DNA of 63,685 bases, the filler included. It is 8 parts of 8 records of this genome, joined end to end, with 100 filler letters (N's around TTAATTAATTAA, not from the genome) between each part and the next. Parts side by side here need not be neighbours in the genome. Positions count along the whole stretch, not along the records: positions 1 to 10,618 come from SRR31147125_8229; 7 more parts are not named here. One strand, written 5' to 3'. A program made the position numbers and the translations under genes. The notes under the pieces are model-generated. The model made no database searches, was not told where the DNA came from, and was given only the letters and a program-made list of their open reading frames with translations. How positions within the stretch are numbered: the first letter of the stretch is position 1; every line of letters starts with the position of its first letter. Shown piece after piece: positions 1 through 10,094 of this stretch.

Positions 1-30
1 TAGATCCTCGGGTCAAGCCCGAGGATGACA
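1..30. repeat. REP/RPE-like palindromic element at contig end (copy 1)
   Basis: ATCCTCGGG-TCAAG-CCCGAGGAT hairpin (4-26); its reverse complement matches 10585-10614 at 28/30 nt. Confidence 0.75.
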
Positions 31-63
31 TTAAATAGGGACTTTATTCAAGCCCCCGTAATT

Positions 64-1323
64 TTAATCCCTTTTAAATTTGCTATAGTTTGGAGCTTGG
101 TAACCGTTTAGATGTAAGTCCTTGTCCATTTCAAGTAATGCTCTGACCTTCATTGATAGACCAAAGAGATTGATAAATCCTAGTGAATCTTTTTGGTCAT
201 AGACATCTTCTTTTCCAAAGGTTGCGAAATCTTCACGATATAGCGAATATGGTGAACGCCTTCCCGCAACAGTGCAATTTCCTTTGTAGAGCTGAATTTT
301 TACATCACCAGTTACATTCTTTTGAGTCTCTTTAACGAATGCGTCCAGAGCTTCTCTTAAAGGAGTAAACCAGAGACCGTTGTAGACAAGTTCAGCATAC
401 TTTGGAGCAATAGCCTCTTTGTAGTGCATTGTTGCAGCATCTAAAACGAGTGATTCAACCTCTTTGTGAGCGGCGTAAAGAATTGTTCCGCCTGGAGTTT
501 CATAGACACCACGAGATTTCATTCCGACGAGACGGTTTTCAACAATATCAGTTCTTCCGACGCCATGTTTTCCACCAAGATGGTTTAGCTCTTCCATTAA
601 TGTAACAGGGTTAATTTCTTTTCCGTTTAAATGTGTAGGCTCACCACTTTTAAAAGATATCTCAACTGTCTCTGGCTGATCTGGTGCTTCAAATGGAGAA
701 GTAGTTATCGCATAGATATCTTCAGTTGGGCTCGTCCATGGATCTTCTAATAGTCCACCTTCACTTGAGATGTGCCAGAGATTGCGATCATGGCTATAGA
801 TCTTTGTCTTGGAAACATTAAGCGGAATGTTTCTCTCTTCAGCATATGCAATTGCATCTTCACGAGACTTAATATCCCAGATTCTCCAAGGAGAAATAAT
901 TTTAACAGTTGGGTCATATGCCTTAAATGTTAATTCAAAGCGGACCTGATCGTTGCCTTTTCCGGTACATCCGTGACAAACAGTATCAGCGCCTTCTTTT
1001 TCAACAACATCCATCATCTTTTTTGCAATTAGTGGTCTTGCGATAGCTGTCCCGAGCAGATATTTCTCTTCGTAGATTGCTCCTGACTGAATCATCGGGA
1101 AGACATAGTCAGTCATAAATTCTTCTTGAAGATTTTCGATATAGACTTTATCAGCACCTGAAAGTTCTGCTTTTTCCTTAAGTCCATTAAGCTCATCGCC
1201 TTGTCCAACGTCTGCTGCATAAGCGATAACTTCGCAGTTGTAGTTTTCTTTCAGCCAGGGGATGATGATTGATGTGTCTAGTCCGCCTGAATAGGCAAGT
1301 ACAACTTTTTTGATTTTTTTCAT
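64..1323 (-). CDS. argG: Argininosuccinate synthase
   Basis: [27 protein letters not shown] and [17 protein letters not shown] signatures. Confidence 0.98.
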   Translation of the reverse strand: MKKIKKVVLAYSGGLDTSIIIPWLKENYNCEVIAYAADVGQGDELNGLKEKAELSGADKVYIENLQEEFMTDYVFPMIQSGAIYEEKYLLGTAIARPLIAKKMMDVVEKEGADTVCHGCTGKGNDQVRFELTFKAYDPTVKIISPWRIWDIKSREDAIAYAEERNIPLNVSKTKIYSHDRNLWHISSEGGLLEDPWTSPTEDIYAITTSPFEAPDQPETVEISFKSGEPTHLNGKEINPVTLMEELNHLGGKHGVGRTDIVENRLVGMKSRGVYETPGGTILYAAHKEVESLVLDAATMHYKEAIAPKYAELVYNGLWFTPLREALDAFVKETQKNVTGDVKIQLYKGNCTVAGRRSPYSLYREDFATFGKEDVYDQKDSLGFINLFGLSMKVRALLEMDKDLHLNGYQAPNYSKFKRD

Positions 1324-1418
1324 TTGGATCTCCTTAAAATATTTTTATGAAACTAGTAAACTTGTGCTTCTAGCAAGGTGTTCCGTTATTCACATGTTGA
1401 TGTAATATGACGGAGCAA

Positions 1419-1850
1419 TTAGTTGAAAATTCGTCGTAGTCTAGTAACGAGCTTTTCCCGATCGCATGATTGAGCAACTGCGACGAAAATTGTATCGTCA
1501 CCTGCGATGGTTCCAGCAACACCCTTTATTGTGTGTTCATCGATCAATGCTCCCATTGCTGGGGCCATAGACGGATGCGTCTTTAGGACCATTAAGTTTG
1601 ATCCTGCAGTTTTGATTGATAGGATTGGAGGCAAAACACCAACAGTTTTTCCCGTTGTTGGGAGTTGGTATTGTCCTTGAGCCTTGATTATGCCGATTTC
1701 GTTTAGATCACGAGATAAGCTAGATTGAGTAACTTCGATACCTAGGTTATTTAACTCAGCCTTTAATTCATCTTGTGTATCTATCTTTTTTTCGCTAATA
1801 AGTTGTCTTAGCGTGTGTTGTCTTTTTTGTTTTTTCGATAATCTTTTCAT
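1419..1850 (-). CDS. argR: Arginine repressor
   Basis: TQDEL...VTQSSLSRDL winged helix and GTIAGDDTIFV arginine-binding motif; adjacent to argG. Confidence 0.96.
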   Translation of the reverse strand: MKRLSKKQKRQHTLRQLISEKKIDTQDELKAELNNLGIEVTQSSLSRDLNEIGIIKAQGQYQLPTTGKTVGVLPPILSIKTAGSNLMVLKTHPSMAPAMGALIDEHTIKGVAGTIAGDDTIFVAVAQSCDREKLVTRLRRIFN

Positions 1851-1886
1851 AAAACCTGCATAATTTGTGAATATTCTTTATATAAT

Positions 1887-1917
1887 TGCATATATATGCA
1901 AGACTCAGATTTGTCAA
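1887..1917 (-). promoter_or_regulatory. sigma70-type promoter of argR-argG overlapped by an ARG box
   Basis: Minus strand TTGACA (1917-1912), 17 nt, TATATG (1894-1889); perfect palindrome TGCATATATATGCA (1887-1900) fits the ARG-box core TGMAT-N4-ATKCA. Confidence 0.7.
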
Positions 1918-1961
1918 GAATAAAGATGTTATCAAGCTGAACACGCTTAAATACCTATTCT

Positions 1962-1988
1962 GGCAACATTTTAGCTGTTTTTACGATA
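1962..1988 (+). promoter_or_regulatory. Putative alternative-sigma promoter GGCAACAT-N14-CGATA (copy 1)
   Basis: Same bipartite motif with the same spacing at 8905-8931; 36 nt upstream of ATG 2025. Confidence 0.5.
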
Positions 1989-2024
1989 CAAATACCATAG
2001 ATTAACTCTTTATAAGGAGCGTTT

Positions 2025-2864
2025 ATGGGTGATTTCTTTAATGGAGCCAGAATTACTACAGGGCTTTCTGTTCTATATCCTAAGCCAGCGGCTTATGTTG
2101 AGGTTCAATTATCCAGTGGAGATTTTATTATTTGTAGTGGGTTAACACCTTCATACAAGACAGAAATAAAGCTCATGGAAAGAACGCCAACTGTTGGGGA
2201 GCTAACGAGATCAAAAACGTTAAGCAGAGATGAGCTCTATAAGGAGTTAGATAGAAGGTTTGAACAGAAGGACTATTCTAGTTTTATATGGATAGATAGC
2301 GATATAGGTCCAAGTCAATATTATAGAGTAAGTCAAAGTTTTGAGCCAAATACAACTTGTACAAGAGGTGGTGAGCCAATTCAGGATTTATCTTTTGGTG
2401 ATTATGAGGATCTCCAAAAGCTGCTAATCGGTTTTCAAGAGAGTGTAATAGGAACTCCTGAAAGAAAAAGAGCTGTCGAGGGAGCTATCAAAAGACATAT
2501 TCCTTCCCTCATCGCTGGCGTTTTTGATGATTCTGCAAGTCTTTTGAAGAGATTGGGAGTCAGGGGAAGATGTAGAGATGGTGAGCCTCTTGCACCAGTT
2601 GGAGGGATGGCCGATCTTCTTACGATGGGAAAGCCAAACCAGTGTCCAGGCCTCAAAGTTCAGGCTAGAATTGCAGGTATTACCGCTATTGTCGGCTTGA
2701 CTATAGCCAGCAAATTGCCACTTTATGAATTCATTGGAGTCCCTAATGATCCAACTCGTCCTGATATAGTAATGGATTTTGGCGGGACTAGAGTAGGAAT
2801 TATGGACATAGATATCGGTGATACAAAAGATGGTCCTCGAATTCTTTTTCCTGCTGCTAAATAA
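2025..2864 (+). CDS. Hypothetical protein (orphan, no signal peptide)
   Basis: 279-aa ORF with AAGGAG RBS; no recognisable motif. Confidence 0.7.
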   Translation: MGDFFNGARITTGLSVLYPKPAAYVEVQLSSGDFIICSGLTPSYKTEIKLMERTPTVGELTRSKTLSRDELYKELDRRFEQKDYSSFIWIDSDIGPSQYYRVSQSFEPNTTCTRGGEPIQDLSFGDYEDLQKLLIGFQESVIGTPERKRAVEGAIKRHIPSLIAGVFDDSASLLKRLGVRGRCRDGEPLAPVGGMADLLTMGKPNQCPGLKVQARIAGITAIVGLTIASKLPLYEFIGVPNDPTRPDIVMDFGGTRVGIMDIDIGDTKDGPRILFPAAK

Positions 2865-2929
2865 GCAAAAAACTACATTTCAAAAACCCTTTTACATCAT
2901 TCGTCTAATATATTATTACCGAAAGCCTT

Positions 2930-5206
2930 ATGACTAAATCTGTTGGTAAAAATGTCCCTCGTCTTGATGGTTTTGGCAAAGTTACCGGTGAGACGAGATA
3001 TCTAGATGATCTAAAAATTCCAAATTGTTGGTGGGGGTCAGCGGTTCGGTCTCCAATTCCTTATGGGAAGATCAAAGGGATAAAGTATGCTGATAGCTTT
3101 GATTGGGACCAGGTTGTAACTTGTACCTACAAGGATATCCCTGGTCGCAATGCTACAATATTTATAACTGAAGAACAGCCTATACTTGCTAAAGAGTATG
3201 TTCGTCATGTTGGTGAAGCTGTTGTTTTGGTTGCTGCACCAACGCGCGAATTATTGGAAGAGGCTAAAAAGAATATTGAAGTTGTCTATGATGAACTAGA
3301 CCCCGTTCTATCTGTAAAAGATTCCGAAAATAAAAAGGCAATCATTTGGGGCGATGATAATATTCAGTCTCACTATCATATTATAAAAGGTGATATCAAA
3401 AAAGGTTTTGAGGAAGCAGACTATATAATAGAGGGCGAATATAAAACCGGTTTTCACGAACACGCCTACATCGAGCCTCAAGGTGCGATTGGTATGCCGA
3501 GAGAAGATGGTGGCCTGACCTTATTGGCATCGGCTCAATGTCCTTATTATGTTCTGAAAACTTTAAAGGCTGTATTTGATCAAGATGAGACAAGAATTAA
3601 TGTTGTTCAAACAACGATGGGCGGTGCATTTGGAGGCAAGGAAGACTATCCTTCTGTTTTGGCTTCATATGCTGGTCTTCTTGCAATAAAAGCAAAAAAG
3701 CCTGTGAAGGTTACGTATGAACGCGAAGAGGATATGGATGTAACTCCAAAGAGGCATCCATCAATCACAACTCATAAGACTGGCGTAAAGAAGGATGGAA
3801 CAATTACAGCGATGGAAATTGATTTCAAGCTTGAAGGTGGAGCTTATGCAACAGTCAGCCAGGTTGTCTTGTCTCGTGGAGTAATTCACGCAGCAGGTCC
3901 TTATAAATGTGAGAATGTTGAATCAAGGGCGGCATGTTTTGCAACAAATCAGGTCCCAACAGGTGCATACAGAGGTTTTGGAGCTCCTCAATCTTTTTTC
4001 GCGTCAGAAATTCATATGGATAGGGTTGCTGAAAAAATTGGAATGAATCCTTATGAATTTCGTTTAATAAATTGTGTTCATGTTGGTGATACCCTTTCAA
4101 CAACTCAGGTTTTAAAAGAAGGTGTTGGTGCCGAGGAATCTTTGAGAAAAGTAGCTGATTCGTCAAGCTTTGTCTCGAAATGGGAAGAGAATAGGAAGCC
4201 CAACAATTCGAATATTAAAAAGGGTATTGGTTTGTCGTTGTATATGCATGGCGGTGCTTTTACAGGAAGCGGCGAAGCTGTAATGAAAAGTAAGGCCGGG
4301 ATTCGTCTGGAAGAAGATGGTCATGTTAGTATTTTGATGGCTAATACAGATATGGGTCAGGGCTGTACAACCGTTTTGCCGCAGATTACAGCTGATGCTC
4401 TAAAAATGGATGTTCAAGATGTTAGTTGTGTTGTTCCAGATACAGCGGTTGTTCCAGATAGTGGCCCTACCGTTGCGTCGCGAACAACAATGATTATAGG
4501 CATGGTTATGGAAAACTGTGCTCCCGAGTTTCATGAAAAGATTTTGAATTTTGTTGCAGAAGAAAAGGGTTTAAGTTTAAGCGAAATAGATTTTCATGAC
4601 GGAGCAATTTTTAAAGGCGATCAAGAAATAACTTCATTAAAAGACATTGCAAAAGATTACATAAAAAAGAACGGAAGTTTAGAAGTTTACAAAAGGTACG
4701 ATTTGCCACCTGGAATTAAGTGGGATCCTAAAAAACATCTGGGTGATGCATATCCTGCCTATTCGTGGGCGGCAGATATAGCAGAGGTTGAAGTTGATAT
4801 GGATACATTTGAAGTCTCGGTTGATAAGATGACCTTGGCGGTTGAGCTTGGAAAAGCAATAAATCCTGTCTTGGTTGAGGGTCAAATGGAGGGGGGAACA
4901 TTACAGGCCCTCGGCTGGGGCATTATGGAAGATGTGATCAACAAAGACGGAAAGGTTTTAAATAACAAGTTTCAGACATACTTAATTCCGACTGTGCTTG
5001 ATACTCCAGATTGGGATACTCATATAATAGAGAAGGGCTTTTCGGCCGGTCCACAAGGAGCGAAAGGGATTGGCGAGTTGCCACATGACGGTGCTGCGCC
5101 TGCTATTTCAAACGCTATTTATAATGCCACTGGAATTAGATTTACAGATCTTCCAATGACTCCGGAAAAATTATTTGAAATGTCGAAAAAAGAAGGTGAG
5201 AAGTGA
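2930..5206 (+). CDS. Xanthine dehydrogenase/CO dehydrogenase family molybdopterin-binding large subunit
   Basis: GGAFGGKED, GAYRGFGAPQ, DMGQG, TVASRTT, GAKGIGE motifs. Confidence 0.95.
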   Translation: MTKSVGKNVPRLDGFGKVTGETRYLDDLKIPNCWWGSAVRSPIPYGKIKGIKYADSFDWDQVVTCTYKDIPGRNATIFITEEQPILAKEYVRHVGEAVVLVAAPTRELLEEAKKNIEVVYDELDPVLSVKDSENKKAIIWGDDNIQSHYHIIKGDIKKGFEEADYIIEGEYKTGFHEHAYIEPQGAIGMPREDGGLTLLASAQCPYYVLKTLKAVFDQDETRINVVQTTMGGAFGGKEDYPSVLASYAGLLAIKAKKPVKVTYEREEDMDVTPKRHPSITTHKTGVKKDGTITAMEIDFKLEGGAYATVSQVVLSRGVIHAAGPYKCENVESRAACFATNQVPTGAYRGFGAPQSFFASEIHMDRVAEKIGMNPYEFRLINCVHVGDTLSTTQVLKEGVGAEESLRKVADSSSFVSKWEENRKPNNSNIKKGIGLSLYMHGGAFTGSGEAVMKSKAGIRLEEDGHVSILMANTDMGQGCTTVLPQITADALKMDVQDVSCVVPDTAVVPDSGPTVASRTTMIIGMVMENCAPEFHEKILNFVAEEKGLSLSEIDFHDGAIFKGDQEITSLKDIAKDYIKKNGSLEVYKRYDLPPGIKWDPKKHLGDAYPAYSWAADIAEVEVDMDTFEVSVDKMTLAVELGKAINPVLVEGQMEGGTLQALGWGIMEDVINKDGKVLNNKFQTYLIPTVLDTPDWDTHIIEKGFSAGPQGAKGIGELPHDGAAPAISNAIYNATGIRFTDLPMTPEKLFEMSKKEGEK

Positions 5207-5661
5207 TTAAGGTTAACCTGATTATAAACAATAAAAAAATTGAAGTTGAAGCCGATCCATCAAGAAGGCTTTTAGATGTCTTGCGTGATGATTTTGATTT
5301 GATAGGCGCAAAAGAGGGATGTGGTGAAGGCGAATGCGGAGCCTGTTCAATTTTAATTAATAGTGAAGCAGTGAATTCTTGTCTTGTTCTCTTTGGTCAG
5401 ATGAAAGATGGTGATGAAATCTTAACAGTTGAAGGTTTGGCTGAAGATAAAAAGTTAAATAAGCTTCAAGATTCTTTTGTTAAAAACGGTGCTGTTCATT
5501 GTGGTGCTTGTATTCCTGGTATGCTTATGTCTGCAACTGCTCTTTTGAAAAAGAACCCAAAGCCTAGTGATGACGAGATAAAAGAGGCAATAGCTGGTAA
5601 TTTGTGTAGGTGTACAGGGTATGGAAAAATTTTGGATGCGATCAAAGATGTAATTGATTGA
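5203..5661 (+). CDS. (2Fe-2S)-binding small subunit (CoxS/CutS family)
   Basis: GCGEGECGAC, HCGAC and NLCRCTGY motifs. Confidence 0.95.
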   Translation: MIKVNLIINNKKIEVEADPSRRLLDVLRDDFDLIGAKEGCGEGECGACSILINSEAVNSCLVLFGQMKDGDEILTVEGLAEDKKLNKLQDSFVKNGAVHCGACIPGMLMSATALLKKNPKPSDDEIKEAIAGNLCRCTGYGKILDAIKDVID

Positions 5662-5664
5662 TAG

Positions 5665-6519
5665 ATGTTTAGGAGAAATGAGTTGGATTTTATTATACCA
5701 AAAAAATTGGGTGAGGCTCTAGAGGCTCTTTCAGCAAATAATGACTATAAAATCCTTGCCGGAGGGACAGATTTAGTTGCTCTGATGAAGAGTGGCGTTG
5801 TTGATCCAAAGGGTGTGATCAATATCTGGGGTCTTGATGAACTATCTCAAATAAATGATGTAGGAGATTCCATTGAAATTGGAGCTTTGGCTACGCATAC
5901 ACATTTGGCCGAGAGCGATCTTGTTAGAAAGCATATCCCAATGTTGAGTCAGGCCTGTAAGACAGTTGGAGCAAAACAGATTCAAAACAGAGGAACAATC
6001 GGTGGAAATGTTGCGAATGCATCTCCTGCGGGTGATACCTTGCCAGTACTTCTTGCATATGACGCCAAAATTGAAGTTTCTTCAAAAAACAGTTCAAGAA
6101 GAGTTTCCATTCAGAAATTCTATAAGGGTTATAGAGACATCGATCTGAAACCCGATGAAATAGTTACCAAAATAGTAGTTCCAAAAGAGAAGTCGGGTGA
6201 GAAATCGGCCTTTTTAAAGGTCGGAACGAGAAAAGCTTTGGCTATTTCTAAGATTATGGGTGCATTCAAGCTGAGCTTTGCCGACAAAACTATTGATAAT
6301 ATTTCAATAGCTTTTGGAAGTGTTGCTGCCATTCCTGTTAGGTTGAGGGTGACAGAGCAACTCCTAAAAGGAAAATCACTTTCCAAAGATGTTCTAAAAG
6401 AAGCTGTTGATAAGGCAAAGAGTGAAGTCAATCCAATAGATGATATCAGATCAACTGCCGATTATCGTCGCCACGTCTGCGGCTCACTACTAAATAAATT
6501 CCTAAGAGATTATATCTAG
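5665..6519 (+). CDS. FAD-binding medium subunit (CoxM/CutM family)
   Basis: LAGGTDL, QIQNRGTIGGNVANASPAGD, DDIRSTADYR. Confidence 0.95.
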   Translation: MFRRNELDFIIPKKLGEALEALSANNDYKILAGGTDLVALMKSGVVDPKGVINIWGLDELSQINDVGDSIEIGALATHTHLAESDLVRKHIPMLSQACKTVGAKQIQNRGTIGGNVANASPAGDTLPVLLAYDAKIEVSSKNSSRRVSIQKFYKGYRDIDLKPDEIVTKIVVPKEKSGEKSAFLKVGTRKALAISKIMGAFKLSFADKTIDNISIAFGSVAAIPVRLRVTEQLLKGKSLSKDVLKEAVDKAKSEVNPIDDIRSTADYRRHVCGSLLNKFLRDYI

Positions 6520-6638
6520 GGTTCAAGCCTGTTTACAAAGGTAAACACAATTTGTCCCCGCAAAGCCATATTTAAATGACAGGATAGTTTTTTGCTGTAA
6601 AAACACTTTCAAAATAGTTTATTTAATGGAGGTGTTTT

Positions 6639-7430
6639 GTGAAGAAATTGTTTCTATTGCTAATTAGTCTAGTTCTTGTCTCATGTGGGGGTGGCGGGGG
6701 AGGTGCTCCGTCGTTAACGACTCCAAGTGATGATGTTCAGGATAAACTTTTAGTTCTTTCCGGAGCTGTTGGGTATTTAGCAACTTTTAATGCCTTCTAC
6801 TCAATGTATTATCCTTTTCAAAAATCAGCACAGCAGATTATAGCGGGATCAACTTCTGAAAATGACGTTTCATATTCCGAAGACGAATGGGATGAGGGCG
6901 CAAGTCTTTCGGGGACTTTTGATTTCACTTCAAATCAAGAAGGGGGATCAATTTCATATCCCCTAGAACTTGATGGCGCTGATACCTCTCAAAGTATGGT
7001 TCTTTCAAATTTGACTTTTGAAGATTCCTATTTAATAAATAGTACTGACTATTTTCCAACTTATACAACAGAAGATGAAGGTGTGATCGGCACTGTTGAT
7101 ACTTTTTCTATAGGCATGTCTGACGGCTCACCAACCTTCTCGGAGTGGTCTTGCGAAAACAATATGGCTTCAAGTGAGTCTGTAGAAATTTCTTCATCTT
7201 CTGAAACGGATACCATTGAGGGTTCAGTATCTTTTGAAGGAGAGACGGCCGTTAGCTTTAATCATGTTAGTTCAGTTGCAACATTAAGTTTTGAAGCCTC
7301 TTCAGAGACGACAATTATCTATGAAGGGGTAACGTATACCTGTTCAAATGTTGGAGGAGTGCTTGAGGTGACTCTTGGCGGAGGCGACCCTGTCTTTACA
7401 GTAAACAGTGATCTTTCATGTGTGTATTGA
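6639..7430 (+). CDS. Acidic Ser-rich hypothetical lipoprotein
   Basis: GTG start after GGAGG; lipobox LVSC followed by a Gly linker. Confidence 0.8.
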   Translation: MKKLFLLLISLVLVSCGGGGGGAPSLTTPSDDVQDKLLVLSGAVGYLATFNAFYSMYYPFQKSAQQIIAGSTSENDVSYSEDEWDEGASLSGTFDFTSNQEGGSISYPLELDGADTSQSMVLSNLTFEDSYLINSTDYFPTYTTEDEGVIGTVDTFSIGMSDGSPTFSEWSCENNMASSESVEISSSSETDTIEGSVSFEGETAVSFNHVSSVATLSFEASSETTIIYEGVTYTCSNVGGVLEVTLGGGDPVFTVNSDLSCVY

Positions 7431-7437
7431 TTAAACG

Positions 7438-8040
7438 TTAGATAACCTTTTGTTGGGCAATATATTTATTCCACTCTTCAGGCGTATTTATATTGTTTCG
7501 TATGTTTGGTGAGTTGACAGGTAGTCTTATTGTTTCCTTAGCTTCTCTTAATACTACATCTAACCTGTTTGAGTTGTCGCAGTTTTCAACAATCCACTTA
7601 TGCGTTTGTCTCGAGATAAAAACGGGATGACCACCTCTATCATTAAATGTTGGAATTATATTTGAGCCCGTTTTAACACCCTCTTGAACGATTGTTTTAA
7701 TTGTGTCCGCATCTACTCCAACGGTATCGATTGGTGTTAAAAGAACGCCGTCAAACTGATCAAAATTGATGTTTTTCAGTCCAGTCAAGATCGACGAGAA
7801 GTTTCCTTGCTCCCAACTGCTATTTAGAATCCAGTTTACTTCTGACTCTTTGTGTTCCGACCTTGTTTCATCAGCGTGACAGCCGACAACAACTGAAATG
7901 TTGTTGGTTCCAGAGTTTTGAATATTTTTTATATGTTCTTCTAGAAGTGTTTTGCCGCTATTAAGTTTGAGTAGGGCTTTTGGAGAACCCATTCTCTTTG
8001 ATTCACCAGCGGATAGAATGAGAGCTGCTACTTTTGGCAT
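7438..8040 (-). CDS. mocA: Molybdenum cofactor cytidylyltransferase (MocA-like NTP transferase)
   Basis: ILSAGESKRMGSPKALL, GHPV and NINTPEE motifs; XDH cluster context. Confidence 0.85.
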   Translation of the reverse strand: MPKVAALILSAGESKRMGSPKALLKLNSGKTLLEEHIKNIQNSGTNNISVVVGCHADETRSEHKESEVNWILNSSWEQGNFSSILTGLKNINFDQFDGVLLTPIDTVGVDADTIKTIVQEGVKTGSNIIPTFNDRGGHPVFISRQTHKWIVENCDNSNRLDVVLREAKETIRLPVNSPNIRNNINTPEEWNKYIAQQKVI

Positions 8041-8825
8041 CTCTTATATTCCCCATAGCCTTTTAGGTGGCCATTCATATGGATAAGCTCTGCTGAAATA
8101 GCAACCGCCAGTTCAAAAGGTGTCTCCCCACCTATATCCAAACCTATGGGGGTTACAACTTTCTCAAGTTGATTATCTTTAAAACCCTTTGCGCGGTATC
8201 TAGATTTGAATTTTTCCCATTTGGTTGCAGAGCCAATTACGCCTAAATATTTATATGGTTTATCGAGACAATATTCAACGATCTCTTGATCATGAATATG
8301 AGCATGGGTAAGAACAATCATGTAGAGGTCGTCATTAAAATCTATTTCCTTAAGAGCATCTGTTGGTAGCTCATTAAGTAGGTTGTCTGCAGACTTAAAA
8401 ATGGGAAGGTTGATTCTCTCTTCACGCTCATCAACTAAAGTCACGTTAAAATTAAGCTGTTTTAACATTGGAATCAGATGTTCAGAAATATGACCAGCTC
8501 CAAAAACAATAATATCTCTTAAAGCCAAAACCGGTTCAATAAATACGTCAACATCACCGCCACAACATTGGCCGAGCAGCGGCCCTAATGGATAATTTTT
8601 TGTAACAGATTTTCCAACTCGAAGCTGTTCCTTCGCATCCTTTATAACTTGATGTTCTAAAGCCCCTCCGCCAATTGTTCCAAAGATTTCAGTCTTTGTA
8701 ATAATCATCTTTGAACCAACATGCCTTGGAGCCGACCCCTTAATATTCACAACTGTAGCCCAAATATAAGGACTTTTCTCTCTTTCAAGCTTTAACGCCT
8801 GTTCATTTAAATTTGTATTCGTCAT
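8028..8825 (-). CDS. xdhC: Xanthine dehydrogenase accessory protein
   Basis: GSAPRHVGSKM, GTIGGGALE, LGQCCGG, FGAGH, PIGL; start moved to ATG 8825 (MTNTN). Confidence 0.92.
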   Translation of the reverse strand: MTNTNLNEQALKLEREKSPYIWATVVNIKGSAPRHVGSKMIITKTEIFGTIGGGALEHQVIKDAKEQLRVGKSVTKNYPLGPLLGQCCGGDVDVFIEPVLALRDIIVFGAGHISEHLIPMLKQLNFNVTLVDEREERINLPIFKSADNLLNELPTDALKEIDFNDDLYMIVLTHAHIHDQEIVEYCLDKPYKYLGVIGSATKWEKFKSRYRAKGFKDNQLEKVVTPIGLDIGGETPFELAVAISAELIHMNGHLKGYGEYKRCQK

Positions 8826-8904
8826 GAACCGCAATAAATAGCCCCTCTCTCTTAAAGTCAAACAGAAAATTGTTCACATATGTGAACGGTTTTTTGTCTG
8901 TTTA

Positions 8905-8931
8905 GGCAACATCTTGAGGTGCTTGCCGATA
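8905..8931 (+). promoter_or_regulatory. Putative alternative-sigma promoter GGCAACAT-N14-CGATA (copy 2; -10 reads GCCGATA)
   Basis: Matches 1962-1988; GCCGATA resembles the sigma28 -10 element. Confidence 0.5.
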
Positions 8932-8976
8932 TTCTCCTGTAGGTTTTTTAGATCTATTAAAAAAAGGAGAGAGGGC

Positions 8977-10083
8977 ATGAATGCAATTTCACTTGAAGGT
9001 GTTAAGGCGATTAAAAAGGATAGTCGGTTACAAGAAGTTGTTGATACGAATTGGATTGGTTTAGATGGGCTGATTAAGCTCGATGTCGATTTAGATGGTA
9101 AGGTTTCTGTCGATGAATATTTAGAGGATAACGGATATCTTTCAATAGAAAATTATAAGTATGTTCAGAGACAGGTCTATACTATTTCAAGGGAAGTTGC
9201 TGTCAGACAGAAGCATAATATGTTTTCAAGATCTAGTAAGGAGCTCTGTGATTTTTATAGAGCTGCATTGCCCGATCCAAATATTCTTGCAATGGATTCT
9301 GGATGTCTATTCTTCTGCCGAGATGCTGATTTTGTAGATATACTCTCTAAGTATTTTGAAAATGAAGGAGGAAGACATCGAGAAGAATCGTTATCCTATG
9401 CTGATAATATTCTCTCAGATGGAGCAAGGCTTGCTTTTTTAGAGAGAGCGATGGTGCCCTCTAGAGGTTCTAGTCCTTCCGTTCGAACGGAGGCGATCAG
9501 GCAGGTTAAAACATTGGCAGAAGATGATAGAGTTGGCTTCTTAAGGCGGGCTCTAAAAGATCCTTATTATCATGCAAAGAATGTTGCTAGCTATCAGATC
9601 AAACATCTACCAATTGAAGAGAGAGAATCTTTTTTAAGCTATTGTTTAAATGAAGGGGCGTCTCTAGATGTTGTTGTTGCACAGGTGAGGTATTTAAAAC
9701 CGGAAGATAGGTTTGCTTTTATCGATCACGCCATGAGAGCTGGACTTATAAGAACGGCTCTAAATGAATTGGAGTTTCTTTCTGAAGGAGAGAGGTTTTC
9801 TTTACTAGAATTTGCAATGGGATCAGAGGCTATAATGAATCGTACGAGAGCTATTGCGAATGTGAAAATGCTCGATCCTAAAAAGAGGTTCGATATTCTT
9901 AGTCAAGGTATGAAGGATGAAGATTCTTATGTTCGTATGTCGGTTCTTTATCAGGTTGATTGTTTGGATATTAAGGGTAGATTTAATATTTTATTAATGG
10001 CTGCTAAGGACTCTGATTATCACGTAGTTGATGTGGCACATCAAATTATGAAGGATATTCTTTCCAAACAAAAAAGTGGTTAG
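8977..10083 (+). CDS. HEAT-repeat-like helical protein with an EF-hand-like N-terminal motif
   Basis: Repeated 'L..ALKD...VR..A...V..L....R' units; DVDLDGKVSVDE loop; ATG 8977 follows AGGAGAGAGGG. Confidence 0.7.
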   Translation: MNAISLEGVKAIKKDSRLQEVVDTNWIGLDGLIKLDVDLDGKVSVDEYLEDNGYLSIENYKYVQRQVYTISREVAVRQKHNMFSRSSKELCDFYRAALPDPNILAMDSGCLFFCRDADFVDILSKYFENEGGRHREESLSYADNILSDGARLAFLERAMVPSRGSSPSVRTEAIRQVKTLAEDDRVGFLRRALKDPYYHAKNVASYQIKHLPIEERESFLSYCLNEGASLDVVVAQVRYLKPEDRFAFIDHAMRAGLIRTALNELEFLSEGERFSLLEFAMGSEAIMNRTRAIANVKMLDPKKRFDILSQGMKDEDSYVRMSVLYQVDCLDIKGRFNILLMAAKDSDYHVVDVAHQIMKDILSKQKSG

Positions 10084-10094
10084 AAAAAAACAGA

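Noticed and set aside
2930-6519. Aerobic CO dehydrogenase (coxLSM) call
   Set aside because: The active-site loop reads AYRGFG rather than the form I AYXCSFR, so only a family-level call is supported.
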